This document shows, in pieces, positions 19,715 through 30,138 of a stretch of 57,321 bases of DNA (positions are counted from its first letter, which is position 1; every line of letters begins with the position of its first letter). Source of the DNA: Verrucomicrobiales bacterium (GTDB lineage: Bacteria > Verrucomicrobiota > Verrucomicrobiia > Limisphaerales > SXTU01); the NCBI GenBank assembly GCA_005791875.1, contig SXTU01000167.1, positions 1 to 57,321 on the forward strand. The letters are read 5' to 3'. The notes beneath the pieces were generated by a model. That model made no database searches. It saw only the letters and a list, made by a program, of their open reading frames with translations, and was not told where the DNA came from. The translations under genes were made by a program, and so were the position numbers.

Positions 19715-20673
19715 GCGGGGAGGCGGAAGGTCTGCCCCACTTCCGCAAGCGCAAGCCTGCCCTTCTCTTTCGCCAGCGATGCCTGCATGCGTTCGATGGG
19801 TTCGTTCATCGGCTCGTCGCTGAGTTTGAAGGTCGCGTGATGCACGGGGATGATGTGCCGCGCGCCCGCCGCGTCCGCCATCTGCAAGGCTTCCTCCGGC
19901 GTGCAATGGCTGCGAATCCACGGGCGATATGCGCCGATGGACATGATGGCCGCGTCGAACGGCCCGCGGCTCCGCAGCGCCGCGAAGCGGTCCGTGTTCG
20001 CCGTGTCGCCGCCGAAGAGCAGCGCGCGGCCTTCGCGGCGGAGGATGTAGCCGCTGTAGCCGCGCTGCGTGTCGGTGCGCCAGCGCGCGCCCCAGTGCTT
20101 CACCTCGATGGCCTCGACGCGCAGCTCGCCCTTCGTCGTGCGCAGCGTGACGTGCTCACCCCACCGCAGTTCATGCGTCTCCGCGAAACGCTTCGGGCCG
20201 AAAATATCCGCCGTGGCATGCGCGGAGACGACGAGCGGCTTGCCCGGCAGCCGGCTCAAGGTCGGCATGTCCATGTGATCCAGATGCGCGTGCGAAAGCA
20301 GCACCACGTCAATTGGCGGCAGCTCGTTCACGCGCAGTGCGGGGGCAATGAAGCGCTTCGGGCCGAGCGTGCCGAGCCCGAGGCCAAGGCCGATGCGGTT
20401 GCCCAGCGCGGGGTCGGTGAGAATGGTGAGGCCGTGGAAGTTGAGCAACACGGTGGTGTGCCCCAGCCACGCGAGGGTGACTGCGTTCGTGTCCCAACTG
20501 GCGGGCGTGGGCTTGTGCGGCGCGGCTGCGATGTCGCGGTCCGCTTCGCGGAAGCGTTCGCGCAGGAAGCGTGCGGCCCAGACGTTCGAGGTGCGCAGCC
20601 ACCACCCGCCGACCGCGACGCCCGCAGCGGTAACGCCTCCGGCAATCAGGATTTTTCGGCGGTTGAAGCGCAC
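19711..20673 (-). CDS. MBL-fold metallohydrolase (NAPE-PLD/RomA-like), Tat-type N-terminus
   Basis: WLGH, TDP, SHAHLDH, GGDT, IGAY, NRRK signal. Confidence 0.88.
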   Translation of the reverse strand: MRFNRRKILIAGGVTAAGVAVGGWWLRTSNVWAARFLRERFREADRDIAAAPHKPTPASWDTNAVTLAWLGHTTVLLNFHGLTILTDPALGNRIGLGLGLGTLGPKRFIAPALRVNELPPIDVVLLSHAHLDHMDMPTLSRLPGKPLVVSAHATADIFGPKRFAETHELRWGEHVTLRTTKGELRVEAIEVKHWGARWRTDTQRGYSGYILRREGRALLFGGDTANTDRFAALRSRGPFDAAIMSIGAYRPWIRSHCTPEEALQMADAAGARHIIPVHHATFKLSDEPMNEPIERMQASLAKEKGRLALAEVGQTFRLPA

Positions 20674-20689
20674 GGCGAGAGCTTCTCGT

Positions 20690-21429
20690 GGGGCGGCACA
20701 GTGTCAAGTGGGCCGGTGTCGGGATTGATGAACGCCACCTTCCAATCACCTTCGGGAAGTGCGATGACCAGCTCCCTGCCAATCGGATCACCGAGGCCGG
20801 TCTCCGTGACCTCGCGGGCGTCGGCGAGGTAGAGCGCATACTCATTACCTTCAACGCCGAGCACCGAGACTACGACGTGCTGGCGAAGATTTTGGAAGGT
20901 CCGAAAGCAACGAAAGATGGCGAGAAGAAAGGAAAGTGACCCGCCTGGTTTCGGAACTCGGTGGCGATGGTGGAGCTGGCGGTTTTTCTATCGCCCCGCT
21001 GGCATTCGGCAATCAACCGTGACCGGATGTCGGTGCAGGGCCGATCGTTCCGCCGATGACAAACTCGGCGGGGGTGAGCGTTTGCTTCAGGTCCCGGCGT
21101 CCCCGGCTCACCGCCACCGCCCAGCGCATGACGCGGCGGATTACCGGCTGCGCCGCAAAGTTGAGGTTCGAAATTGGCTTACAGCCAGTCAGTCCACCTA
21201 CATGGCGCTGGATCCGGAAATGATACGTTGTCTGGCTAAGAGGATTTCAACCAACTTGGCACCGGGCGAGGTGTTAGAAGTCCATGCCGTGGTCTCCCTC
21301 AACGGGCGACCAAGCCAGCCGATGGTGCGCCTCACCGCGGACAGTGGCGGAACTTTCGATGCTTCAGCGGACATGTTGTTTTGTTCAAGTAACTGGGTTG
21401 TGAGGGCCGGTGCCGCTCACGCCGCCTAG
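20690..21429. pseudogene. Low-GC patch of gene remnants, including an HTTM/vitamin-K-carboxylase-like C-terminal fragment on the + strand
   Basis: VRNWLTASQ..MALDPEMI...VHAVVSLNGRPSQPMV resembles the SLNGR segment; no credible N-terminus. Confidence 0.45.
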
Positions 21430-21628
21430 GCTGGGGAGGAAAAGGGCATCCGGCAGGTTGCTGACTTGGTTAGGTTTCTGCCGCCTGAAGGCCGCGCTCT
21501 TCGCCATCGGCTGGTGTCTAACGAGCATGGGGTGCCCGTGTGTGGGATGCGGATGACAAAGGATCTCTGGGGCGAAGTGGCTTTCCTTACCAACTGAATT
21601 ACCGATTGAAACGGGCAGTCATCTAAAC

Positions 21629-24493
21629 GTGTTCCGTGCTGAAAATTCACCGTTCAGTCTCACCGCGCAAAGTTTGTCCGCCGTCATCCTTCTGGCGGCG
21701 ACTTCGCTTACAGCCGCCACTGCCAACAAGCCAGCGGCGACCGGCCCGCTGACGTTTGAGAAGGACATCCGACCCATTCTCAAGGCGAATTGCTTCCATT
21801 GTCACGGTGAGGACGGCAAGACCAAGGGCGGCCTCGACGCGCGCCTCCGCCATCTCCTCGCGAAGGGCGGCGAACACGGCACGGCCATCGTCCCCGGCAA
21901 GCCGGAGAAGAGTTCGCTCTTCACCATGGTCCGCGATGGCGAGATGCCGAAGGGCGAGGGCAAGAAACTCGCGAAAGAGCAGGTTGAAATCATCCGCCAG
22001 TGGATTGCCGGTGGTGCAAAGGTCGCGCGCGCGGAGCCTGCAAAGCCAGGCGCTGCCGATGAGTTCACGCCAGAGGAGCGGGCGCATTGGGCGTTTCAAG
22101 CGGTGAAGAGGCCGCAAGTTCCAAGTGTTCAGTCTTCAGTGTTCAGTGTTCAGTCAGGCAACGGACGCAGCGGCTCCTCACTGAATACTGAACACGGGAA
22201 ACTGAATACTTCCGGCCCTCCCCACGCGATTGACGCCTTCATTGGTCAGAAACTCTCCGCCGCCAAACTCACCTTCTCCCCGCCCGCCGACCGCGCCACG
22301 CTCATCCGCCGCGCGAGCTTTGACCTGCTCGGCCTGCCGCCGTCGCCGGCGGAGGTCGAGGCGTTCGAGAAAGACACTTCGGCCGACGCCTACGAGAAGC
22401 TGCTCGACCGCCTGCTCGCCTCGCCGCACTACGGCGAGCGTTGGGGTCGGCACTGGCTCGACATCGCGGGTTACGCGGACTCCGACGGCTACACGGATGC
22501 CGACACCGAGCGCAAGTGGGCCTGGCAATACCGCGACTACGTCATCCGCTCGCTCAACGCGGACAAGCCGTTCAACCAGTTCATCGTCGAGCAACTCGCG
22601 GGCGACGAGTTGGTGAAGCCGCCGCTGAAGAACATTTCCTCCGCAGACGTGGACAAACTTACCGCCACCGGCTTCCTCCGCATGGCTCCCGACGGCACGG
22701 CGAACGCGGGCGTCGAGCCGAAGGTCGCGCGCAACGCGGTTGTCGCGGACACCATCAAGGTGGTTTCCAGTTCGTTGCTCGGTGTGACGGTCGGTTGCGC
22801 GCAATGCCACAATCACAAGCACGACCCGATTCCGCAGGCGGACTACTACCGGATGCGTGCTGTGTTCGAGCCGGGCTTCGACCTTCGCACCTGGCGCACG
22901 CCCAATGCCCGGCTTGTCTCGCTCATGTCAGACGAAGCGCGCGCGAAGGCCGCCGAGGTGGAGAAGGAGGCGAAGGTCATCGAGGACGCGCGGCTCAAGC
23001 AGCAGGATGAGTTCATCAACGAGGTGCTGGAAAAGGAGTTGCTCAAGCGGCCCGAGGAACTGCGCGCGCCGCTGCGCGAGGCTTACAAAACTGTCGTCGC
23101 CAAACGCACGCCCGCGCAGGTGAAGCTGCTCAAGGAGCACCCGACGGTGATGCAACTCAGCCCCGGCTCGCTCTATCTCTACGAGCAGAAGAAGGCCGAC
23201 GAGCTGAAGAAAAAGACCGACGAGGCGGCGAAGATTCGCGAGAAGAAACCGGCCGAGCAATTCATCCCCGTCTTCAACGAGGTCGTCGCCGCTGGCGCGA
23301 AGGTGGAACCGGCTCCGACGTTCTTGTTCCATCGCGGCGACCCCGACCAGCCGAAGCAAGCGCTCAAGCCCGGTGACTTGAGCATCCTCGCCGCGCTGCG
23401 CCCGGTGGACTTGCCGGAGAAAGACGCCACGCTGCCGACCAGCGGCCGTCGCCTCGCCTACGCCCGCGCGCTCACCGACGGAACGCACCCGCTCACGTCG
23501 CGCGTGCTGGTGAACCGCGTGTGGCTGCACCACTTCGGCCGCGGCATCGTGGCGTCACCCTCCGACTTCGGCACGCTGGGCGAGCGGCCATCGCACCCCG
23601 AGTTGCTCGACTGGCTGGCGAGCGAGTTCGTGGCGCAGGGGTGGAGCTTGAAGAAGTTGCACCGGCTGGTGATGGCGAGCGCGGCTTACAGGCAGGCGTC
23701 TGGGACAAGTAATCTGTATTCAGTATCTAGTGTTCAGTCGGGCAAAGGCGGCTCTTCGGCTTCCGGCAAGAAACTGAAGACTGACTTGCTGAACACTGAA
23801 TACTCCCGCGCCGCCGCCCTCGACCCCGATGTGAAGTTGCTCTGGCGCTACCCCATCCGCCGCCTCGACGCTGAACAGCTTCGCGACGCGCAGCTCTCCG
23901 TGAGTGGCAAGCTCAACCCGAAAGCCGGCGGCGCGCCCGTGCCCATCATGACCGACGAGACCGGCCAAGTCGTCGTGGGGGTGAACACCGACGACACGGC
24001 GGGCCGGCCCAGCGGGAAGTTTGTGGGGCTGAACGGCGAGGAGTTCCGGCGGAGCCTTTACGTGCAGATGCGCCGCAGCAAGCCGCTCGGCCTGATGGAA
24101 ACCTTTGACGCGCCGCGCATGGAGCCGAACTGCGAGCTGCGCAACGCCTCGACCGTCGCGCCGCAATCGCTCGCGCTGATGAACGGCGAGTTCGCGCTCG
24201 CACAGGCAAAGTTCTTCGCAGAACGCGTGGCGAAGGAAGCCGGCGACTCGACCGACGAATCCAAGGTGTCGCGTGCGTGGCAGCTTGCCTTCTGCCGCCG
24301 CCCGAACAGCACGGAGATGAGCGACGCGCTCGCCTTCCTCACGAAGCAGCGCGCCCACTTCACCGCGAACACGCCAAAGTCCGCTCCCACTGGCAAGGGC
24401 AAGGAGCCATTGCCTGCGAACGCCGAAGAGCACGCGCTCACGGGGCTGTGTCAGGCGCTGCTGACTGCGAACCGGTTCCTCTACGTGGAGTGA
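21629..24493 (+). CDS. PSD1 / planctomycete cytochrome c domain protein (DUF1549+DUF1553)
   Basis: [49 protein letters not shown]. Confidence 0.92.
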   Translation: MFRAENSPFSLTAQSLSAVILLAATSLTAATANKPAATGPLTFEKDIRPILKANCFHCHGEDGKTKGGLDARLRHLLAKGGEHGTAIVPGKPEKSSLFTMVRDGEMPKGEGKKLAKEQVEIIRQWIAGGAKVARAEPAKPGAADEFTPEERAHWAFQAVKRPQVPSVQSSVFSVQSGNGRSGSSLNTEHGKLNTSGPPHAIDAFIGQKLSAAKLTFSPPADRATLIRRASFDLLGLPPSPAEVEAFEKDTSADAYEKLLDRLLASPHYGERWGRHWLDIAGYADSDGYTDADTERKWAWQYRDYVIRSLNADKPFNQFIVEQLAGDELVKPPLKNISSADVDKLTATGFLRMAPDGTANAGVEPKVARNAVVADTIKVVSSSLLGVTVGCAQCHNHKHDPIPQADYYRMRAVFEPGFDLRTWRTPNARLVSLMSDEARAKAAEVEKEAKVIEDARLKQQDEFINEVLEKELLKRPEELRAPLREAYKTVVAKRTPAQVKLLKEHPTVMQLSPGSLYLYEQKKADELKKKTDEAAKIREKKPAEQFIPVFNEVVAAGAKVEPAPTFLFHRGDPDQPKQALKPGDLSILAALRPVDLPEKDATLPTSGRRLAYARALTDGTHPLTSRVLVNRVWLHHFGRGIVASPSDFGTLGERPSHPELLDWLASEFVAQGWSLKKLHRLVMASAAYRQASGTSNLYSVSSVQSGKGGSSASGKKLKTDLLNTEYSRAAALDPDVKLLWRYPIRRLDAEQLRDAQLSVSGKLNPKAGGAPVPIMTDETGQVVVGVNTDDTAGRPSGKFVGLNGEEFRRSLYVQMRRSKPLGLMETFDAPRMEPNCELRNASTVAPQSLALMNGEFALAQAKFFAERVAKEAGDSTDESKVSRAWQLAFCRRPNSTEMSDALAFLTKQRAHFTANTPKSAPTGKGKEPLPANAEEHALTGLCQALLTANRFLYVE
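22123..22211. repeat. Inverted heptamer arms (ttcagtg / cactgaa) in frame in the PSD1 gene
   Basis: Encodes [30 protein letters not shown]. Confidence 0.8.
23707..23804. repeat. Second inverted heptamer element in frame in the PSD1 gene
   Basis: Encodes [32 protein letters not shown]. Confidence 0.75.
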
Positions 24494-24563
24494 GGTCGAG
24501 CGTGCGTGCTCGCCGAGGCGCTTGACCTTTCGCGAGACCGCGAGAATTTTCTCCCCACTGCCT

Positions 24564-25439
24564 ATGAAAGCCATGCTGCACCGCCAGCCAGTCGCCCGGG
24601 CTGGGTTTACCCTCATCGAACTGCTGGTGGTTATCGCCATCATCGCCATTCTGGCCGGGATGCTCCTGCCCGCCCTCGGCAAGGCCAAGGAAAAGGCGCA
24701 CCAGACCAAATGTCTAAACGGCAATCGTCAGCTTGGAATGGCTACCGCGATCTACTGTGGCGACAACGACGACAAGTATTTCCGCGGCCGAGACATCAAC
24801 GGGGCGAACGGTGCGGGCGGCGTGGCCACCGCGAACCAGCCCGACGCATGGCATGTCGTGATGGCACCCTACGTCGGAGTCAAGGTCGTGAACGCCCAGA
24901 CCGTGGTTCCGATTTACCTCTGCCCTAAGGACCAGACCTCCGAGCCGGCCGCCGTCTGGGTCGGCTCCAGCTACCGCGCCAACGAACACGTCTTCCGCTA
25001 CGCGCCCACCAGAACCGACGCAACCACGACCGCCGCCATTAACCGCTATCCGACCCCGCTGCGCAGCACTGGCATCAGCCAGCCAGCCTCGATCTTGATG
25101 ATGATCGAAAAGAGCAAGTCGAACATGGCGTATCAGTGGCAGCAGAACAATTTGGAGAACCAGCGGCAGGGGTGAAACACGCCGAACGCGAACGGCAAAT
25201 TCAACTACTCAGGCACCACCCGCCACAAGCACGGCTCCACGACCTACGCGGCAGACGGACACGCAGAGACGCTCCGGCTTCCCCCTTACCTGCCCAACAG
25301 TCCCGTGCCGGCGGACATGGAAGACATGGGCGATGTTCGGGGCAACGTGACCGGCGGAGGAACCGGCGTCGTGAACAACTTCGTCTCCACGCGCGCCAAG
25401 CTCTTCATGCGCGAAGCCCCCTCCTGGCCCGGCTTCTGA
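24564..25439 (+). pseudogene. Prepilin-type N-methylation / H-X9-DG protein interrupted by an in-frame TGA at 25173-25175
   Basis: [25 protein letters not shown]; after the TGA the same frame continues 87 codons with RHKHGSTTYAADGH to TGA 25437-25439. Confidence 0.8.
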
Positions 25440-25453
25440 CCGCGTGACGCGGC

Positions 25454-26371
25454 TCAAGCCAGTTTCTGCCACGCCTTCGACTCGTGGCCGAAGTGGAACT
25501 TTTCCGGGTGCAGCATCTCAGCGAGGATTTCCAGCGACTGGACCAGGCGCGGCCCGGGGCGGTTGAAGTAGGCGCTGCCATCGCACGCGAACACGCGGCG
25601 TTTGCGCACGGCCTTGAGATCACCCCAGCCGGGCTTGTGCAACAGCGAGGCCATCTCGCTCCGCGTGCGCGCAAGGTCGAAGCCGCACGGCATCGCGATG
25701 ATCACGTCCGGGTCGGCGGCACGGAGTTCATCCCAACGGAGCTTGCCCGTGTGCTTCCCGGACTCGCCGAAAAGATTCCTTCCACCCGCAAGCTCGACAA
25801 GCTCCGGCACCCAGTTGCCCGCGCCCATCAGCGGGTCGAGCCATTCGAGGCACGCGACCGACGGGCGTTGAAGCAGGCACGACTTCTCGATCACGTCCAC
25901 GCAGCGGTTCTTGAGCGGGCGCAGCACCTCGCGTCCGTGCTCGGACACGCCGAGCACAGCGGCGACGCGACGCATGTCCTCCCACATGTCCGCGAGCCGG
26001 TGCGGCGTGAGCGAGAGGATTTGCGGAGGCGTGCCGGGCCAGTTGCCCAGAGCCTTCGCCACGTCCGCCTCGCTGACCGCGCACACATCGCACTGCGATT
26101 GAGTGATGATGAGGTCTGGCTTCATCTCCTGCATCAGCCGCGTGTTCAGCCGGTAGATCGAGAGCGACGCGCCAAGGAGGTTGTTGATCTGATCGTCAAT
26201 CTGCCGGCTCGTTGCGTTGGGCAGCAGCTTGGACTCCGTGCAAACCGGCAGGCTCGTCACCTCGACGGGATAATCACACTCGTGCGAGCGCCCCACCAAC
26301 TGACGGCCGCAGCCCAGCGCGCAGACCATCTCGGTCGCGCTTGGCAGCAGGGAAATGATGCGTCGGCTCAT
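25454..26371 (-). CDS. BtuF-like cobalamin/iron substrate-binding family protein
   Basis: RIISLLPSATE, VGRSHECDYP, EWLDP, FNRPGPR; no signal peptide. Confidence 0.85.
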   Translation of the reverse strand: MSRRIISLLPSATEMVCALGCGRQLVGRSHECDYPVEVTSLPVCTESKLLPNATSRQIDDQINNLLGASLSIYRLNTRLMQEMKPDLIITQSQCDVCAVSEADVAKALGNWPGTPPQILSLTPHRLADMWEDMRRVAAVLGVSEHGREVLRPLKNRCVDVIEKSCLLQRPSVACLEWLDPLMGAGNWVPELVELAGGRNLFGESGKHTGKLRWDELRAADPDVIIAMPCGFDLARTRSEMASLLHKPGWGDLKAVRKRRVFACDGSAYFNRPGPRLVQSLEILAEMLHPEKFHFGHESKAWQKLA

Positions 26372-26526
26372 GACTGAATGAGCGTGAGGCTACAAATGCC
26401 CGCCCGCGCTTCCCAGCGGAAAGACAGCGGTGCGCCGGGTCCGGGGCGCGAAGCGCGTCGCGGTGCCCGTGCTGGCGACTCCGCCTGAACGCCGCCGCCC
26501 GCCTCGGCGTCGAGACATCCGTTGCC

Positions 26527-28905
26527 ATGAAACCCTTCCTGCTCGCTCTGTTGCTCCTCACCCTGCGTGCCTCCGCCCTCGACCTCGTTCGTGATGGCAA
26601 GCCCGTTGCCACCATCGTCACCGCTGTCCCGCGCGAAGCCCCGGAGCCTGCGCCCGCAAAAGGCAAAGCTCCCAAGCGCAAAGCCGCAGCCGCCGAGGGC
26701 GACGAGGCCTACGCTGTGCGCGTGCTCGCCGAGTGGGTGAGGAAGATCACCGACGCTGATCTGCCTGTCGCGGACAAGGCCCCCGCAAACGCGCCCGCGA
26801 TCTACGTCGGCCGGGCCGCAATCGCCGCTGGCCTGCAGCTTGATGACATCCTCAGCCCGAGCCACGAGGGCATCCGCATCGTGGCGGATGGGAAGCGCGT
26901 GCTCATCGCCGGCCAGACCGAGGCCGCGACGTTGAAGGCCGTCTGCCGATTCCTCGAAGCGCTGGGCTGCCGCTACTTGATGGACGGCCCGCTGGGCGAA
27001 GTCTTTCCCCGCTCGCCCATGTTGAGCGTTGGCACATTAAACCTCACCGAGAAGCCCGGCCTGCTTTGGCGGAATCCCAAAGGCCCGTCCTGGAACGCGC
27101 GCCTGTGGAAAGCCTGGAACGGCGCGGGCGGCGAGCCGTTCGGCCACTCGCACTCGTGGGGCAGTTACGTCTCGCCCACGCTCTTCGAGACGCACCCGGA
27201 GTTCTTCGCGCTGGGCGCGGACGGGCAACGGAAGAACAACGGCTGGATCTGCACCTCGAACCCCGGCCTGCGCGCGCACTTCGCGTCGAACGTCGTCGCC
27301 GCCATCGAGCGCGGCACGCGGCATCCCTCGCTCTCGCCAACGGACGGCCGCGGCTACTGCCAGTGTCCCGCGTGCAAGGCGCAGGACGACCCGAAAGCCA
27401 TCGAGCCTTCCAGCGGCACGCCCTCCGTCTCGAACCGCTATGTGGATTTCTTCGACGCCGTCGCGCGCCGCGTCGGGCAGACGCATCCCGAGGCTGTGCT
27501 GAGTTTCTACTGCTACGCGGACTACACGCAGCCGCCGACGGTGAAGCGCCAGCTCACGACCAATCTCTGCGCGATGATCGCGCCCATCCGCTACTGCCGC
27601 CTCCATCCCGTCGGCCATCCCGGCTGCACGTCCCGCGAGCAGCAGGTGAAGATGACCGACGGCTGGGCGTCCGTGGCCAAGCGCCTCGGCTACTACAACT
27701 ACATGTATAACCTCGCTGACGGCACGCTCCCGATGTTCAAGTTCAGCGCCTGCCAGAAGGAATTTCCCTACCTCGCCTCGAAAGGTCTTTCCTACATGAC
27801 CATCGAGGTGCTCTCGAACTGGCACATCTACGGCCCGCAGATTTACCTCAGCCTCCGTCTCGCCTACGACCCGCACGCCGACGCCGCCGCGATCATGGAG
27901 GACTACTGGGTGAAGTTCTATGGGCCGAAAGCCGCGCCACACATGAAGGCGTATTGGATGGGCATTGATGCCGCGCAACAGAAACTCAAGACGCACGCCG
28001 GCAGCTTCTTCGGACTCGCGCAAGTCTTCACGCCCGTGTTCCTCCTCGAGAGTGAAGCACTACTTGCCGAGGCCGCAGCAGCAGCGAAGGGCGACGCCAC
28101 TTACGAGCAACGCGTCGCGCTCCACGCTGAGGGCCTGCGCAGCGCGCGCGCCTACCGCACCATCAGCGACGACATGAACCGCGGTGACTTCGCCGCCGCG
28201 CTGCGCGAATACGACACGACTTTCACCCGCATGAAGGGTGTCGCCGCAAAGGGCTGGGCGAATCCCGAATACGCCACTGCCTATCTCGAACGCTTCCTCA
28301 GCAAGCCCGTGCGCTCGGGAGCCGCCGCCACTGCCGCGCCCAACCGCGTGTTGCAGGTCATGCCCGACCGCTGGCGGTTCACGTTCGACGCGACCGACAC
28401 CGGCAACGAGCGCGGCTTCCACCGCGCCAACTTCGCGGACACCGGCTGGCCGCTCGTCGCCACGCGTGACACCACGCTCGACGCGCAGGGCCACGACCAG
28501 AACACGGTCATGTGGTATCGCACGCGCTTCACCGTGCCGCCGAAACACGCCGGCCTCGCACTCTTCTTCGGTGAGGTGGATGGCGCGACCGAGGTCTATG
28601 TGAACGGCAAGAAGATCGAGGTTCCCGCGCTCGCGCCAGCCGCACCCAAGGCCCCGAAGAAAGGTGCGGCCAAATCCCCTCCCCCGCCGACGCCCCCAGC
28701 GCCCGCAGTCGCCGCCACGCCGCCCGCCAAGGCCGCGCGCGAAGGCCTGGGCAAATCCCGCACGCCCTTCGAGGTGGACGTGACCTCTGCCGTGAAGTCC
28801 GGCGAGAACATCCTCGCCCTCCGCGTGGACCACACCCGCATAACCGACCTCTCCCTCGGCGGCATCCTCCGGCCCGTGGTGCTCATCGAGAAACCGAAGC
28901 CATGA
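26527..28905 (+). CDS. DUF4838-like secreted protein with C-terminal galactose-binding-like domain
   Basis: Signal peptide, HPEFFAL, ICTSNP, DGRGYCQCPAC, YADY..PP, WYRTRF, GGILRPV. Confidence 0.75.
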   Translation: MKPFLLALLLLTLRASALDLVRDGKPVATIVTAVPREAPEPAPAKGKAPKRKAAAAEGDEAYAVRVLAEWVRKITDADLPVADKAPANAPAIYVGRAAIAAGLQLDDILSPSHEGIRIVADGKRVLIAGQTEAATLKAVCRFLEALGCRYLMDGPLGEVFPRSPMLSVGTLNLTEKPGLLWRNPKGPSWNARLWKAWNGAGGEPFGHSHSWGSYVSPTLFETHPEFFALGADGQRKNNGWICTSNPGLRAHFASNVVAAIERGTRHPSLSPTDGRGYCQCPACKAQDDPKAIEPSSGTPSVSNRYVDFFDAVARRVGQTHPEAVLSFYCYADYTQPPTVKRQLTTNLCAMIAPIRYCRLHPVGHPGCTSREQQVKMTDGWASVAKRLGYYNYMYNLADGTLPMFKFSACQKEFPYLASKGLSYMTIEVLSNWHIYGPQIYLSLRLAYDPHADAAAIMEDYWVKFYGPKAAPHMKAYWMGIDAAQQKLKTHAGSFFGLAQVFTPVFLLESEALLAEAAAAAKGDATYEQRVALHAEGLRSARAYRTISDDMNRGDFAAALREYDTTFTRMKGVAAKGWANPEYATAYLERFLSKPVRSGAAATAAPNRVLQVMPDRWRFTFDATDTGNERGFHRANFADTGWPLVATRDTTLDAQGHDQNTVMWYRTRFTVPPKHAGLALFFGEVDGATEVYVNGKKIEVPALAPAAPKAPKKGAAKSPPPPTPPAPAVAATPPAKAAREGLGKSRTPFEVDVTSAVKSGENILALRVDHTRITDLSLGGILRPVVLIEKPKP

Positions 28906-29885
28906 CCAACCGGCGCAAATTCCTCGGCGCGGTCTCAACGGGTGTGAGTTCGCTTGCGTTCAACACTCGCGCCTTGGCCGCTGACCCGCCGCGCAAGGCC
29001 CGCATCGCCATCACGTTGGACTTGGAGATGTCGCGCAACTTCCCGATGTGGGAGCAGTCGCATTGGGATTACGAGAAGGGCAACCTCGACGAGGCGACGA
29101 AGCGATATGCAGTCGAGGTCGCGCGGCGCGTGAAGGCGCTCGGGGGCGTGGTGCACTTCTTCCTCGTGGGTCGCGCGCTGGAGCAGGAGAACGTGGACTG
29201 GTTGGAGCAGCTCATCGCGGACGGTCATCGCATCGGCAACCACACTTACGATCACGTGAACGTGAAGGCGACGAAGCCCGAGGAAATCCAATTCCGCTTC
29301 CAGCGCGCGCCGTGGCTCATCGCGGGGAAGGAGCCGGCGGTGGTCATCCGCGAGAACATCGCGCAATGCACAGCGGCGATGAAGTCGCGGCTGGGCATTG
29401 CACCGAATGGCTTTCGCACACCGGGCGGCTTTGGCAATGGGCTGGCCGACGCGCCGCAGGTCCGGCAGATGTTGCGCGAACTCGGCTTCGCGTGGTGCAG
29501 CAGCAAGTATCCGGCACACACGGCTGCGAAGTCCGGCGAGAAGCCGGATGCTGCGGTGGTCGCGGACATCGTGCGCGCGCAGGCGGAAGCGCAGCCGTTC
29601 CGCTATCCCGGCGGGCTGGTGGAAATCCCGATGAGTCCCATCAGCGACATCGGCGCGTTCCGGACGGGGCGGTGGAAGCTGGAGTGGTTTCAGCGCGTGA
29701 CGCGTGCGGCGGTGGAGCACTGCATCGAGCGCGGGCTGGTCTTCGACTTCCTCGCGCACCCGAGCTGCCTCGGCGTGATGGACCCGGAGTGCCGCACGGT
29801 GGAGATGATTTGCGATCTGGTGGCCAAGCACCGCGAGCGAGCGGAGCTGACGGACTTGGAGACGGTGGCGAGGCAAACACCGTAG
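28902..29885 (+). CDS. Polysaccharide deacetylase family protein, Tat-exported
   Basis: NRRKFL, ITLDLE, GNHTYDH, FRTPGG; ATGA overlap with the upstream gene. Confidence 0.85.
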   Translation: MTNRRKFLGAVSTGVSSLAFNTRALAADPPRKARIAITLDLEMSRNFPMWEQSHWDYEKGNLDEATKRYAVEVARRVKALGGVVHFFLVGRALEQENVDWLEQLIADGHRIGNHTYDHVNVKATKPEEIQFRFQRAPWLIAGKEPAVVIRENIAQCTAAMKSRLGIAPNGFRTPGGFGNGLADAPQVRQMLRELGFAWCSSKYPAHTAAKSGEKPDAAVVADIVRAQAEAQPFRYPGGLVEIPMSPISDIGAFRTGRWKLEWFQRVTRAAVEHCIERGLVFDFLAHPSCLGVMDPECRTVEMICDLVAKHRERAELTDLETVARQTP

Positions 29886-30138
29886 CCGCCGAGGTGAGGA
29901 GGCGGATTCGTCTGAACCTTGAAACGGCAGCTGCCTCACGCAAAGGACGCGAAGGACGCAACGCCGGCGGGTTTTTTCCACAAAGCACCGGGCGGCAGCT
30001 TTCACCCCGCAGGTGAAGTGGTCGTTGCTTCAAAAGTCTTTTCCTTTGCGCCCTTCGCGTCCTTTGCGTGAGGTTCAACTGCGGAATCTAGGATGAAGTG
30101 TCGCAGGGTCCGCCTCGCCTCCTCACCTCGGCGGCTAC
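29882..30138. repeat. Family A GTAG REP doublet with a 9-mer inverted element (29934-30073) nested inside
   Basis: gtagccgccgaggtgaggaggcg ... cgcctcctcacctcggcggctac, perfect 23-bp arms. Confidence 0.85.

Noticed and set aside
26372-26526. Cobalamin riboswitch upstream of the BtuF-like gene
   Set aside because: No recognisable B12-box or conserved core.
28625-28740. Pro/Ala/Lys-rich insert in the DUF4838 protein as a REP derivative
   Set aside because: No palindrome or similarity to the repeat families.
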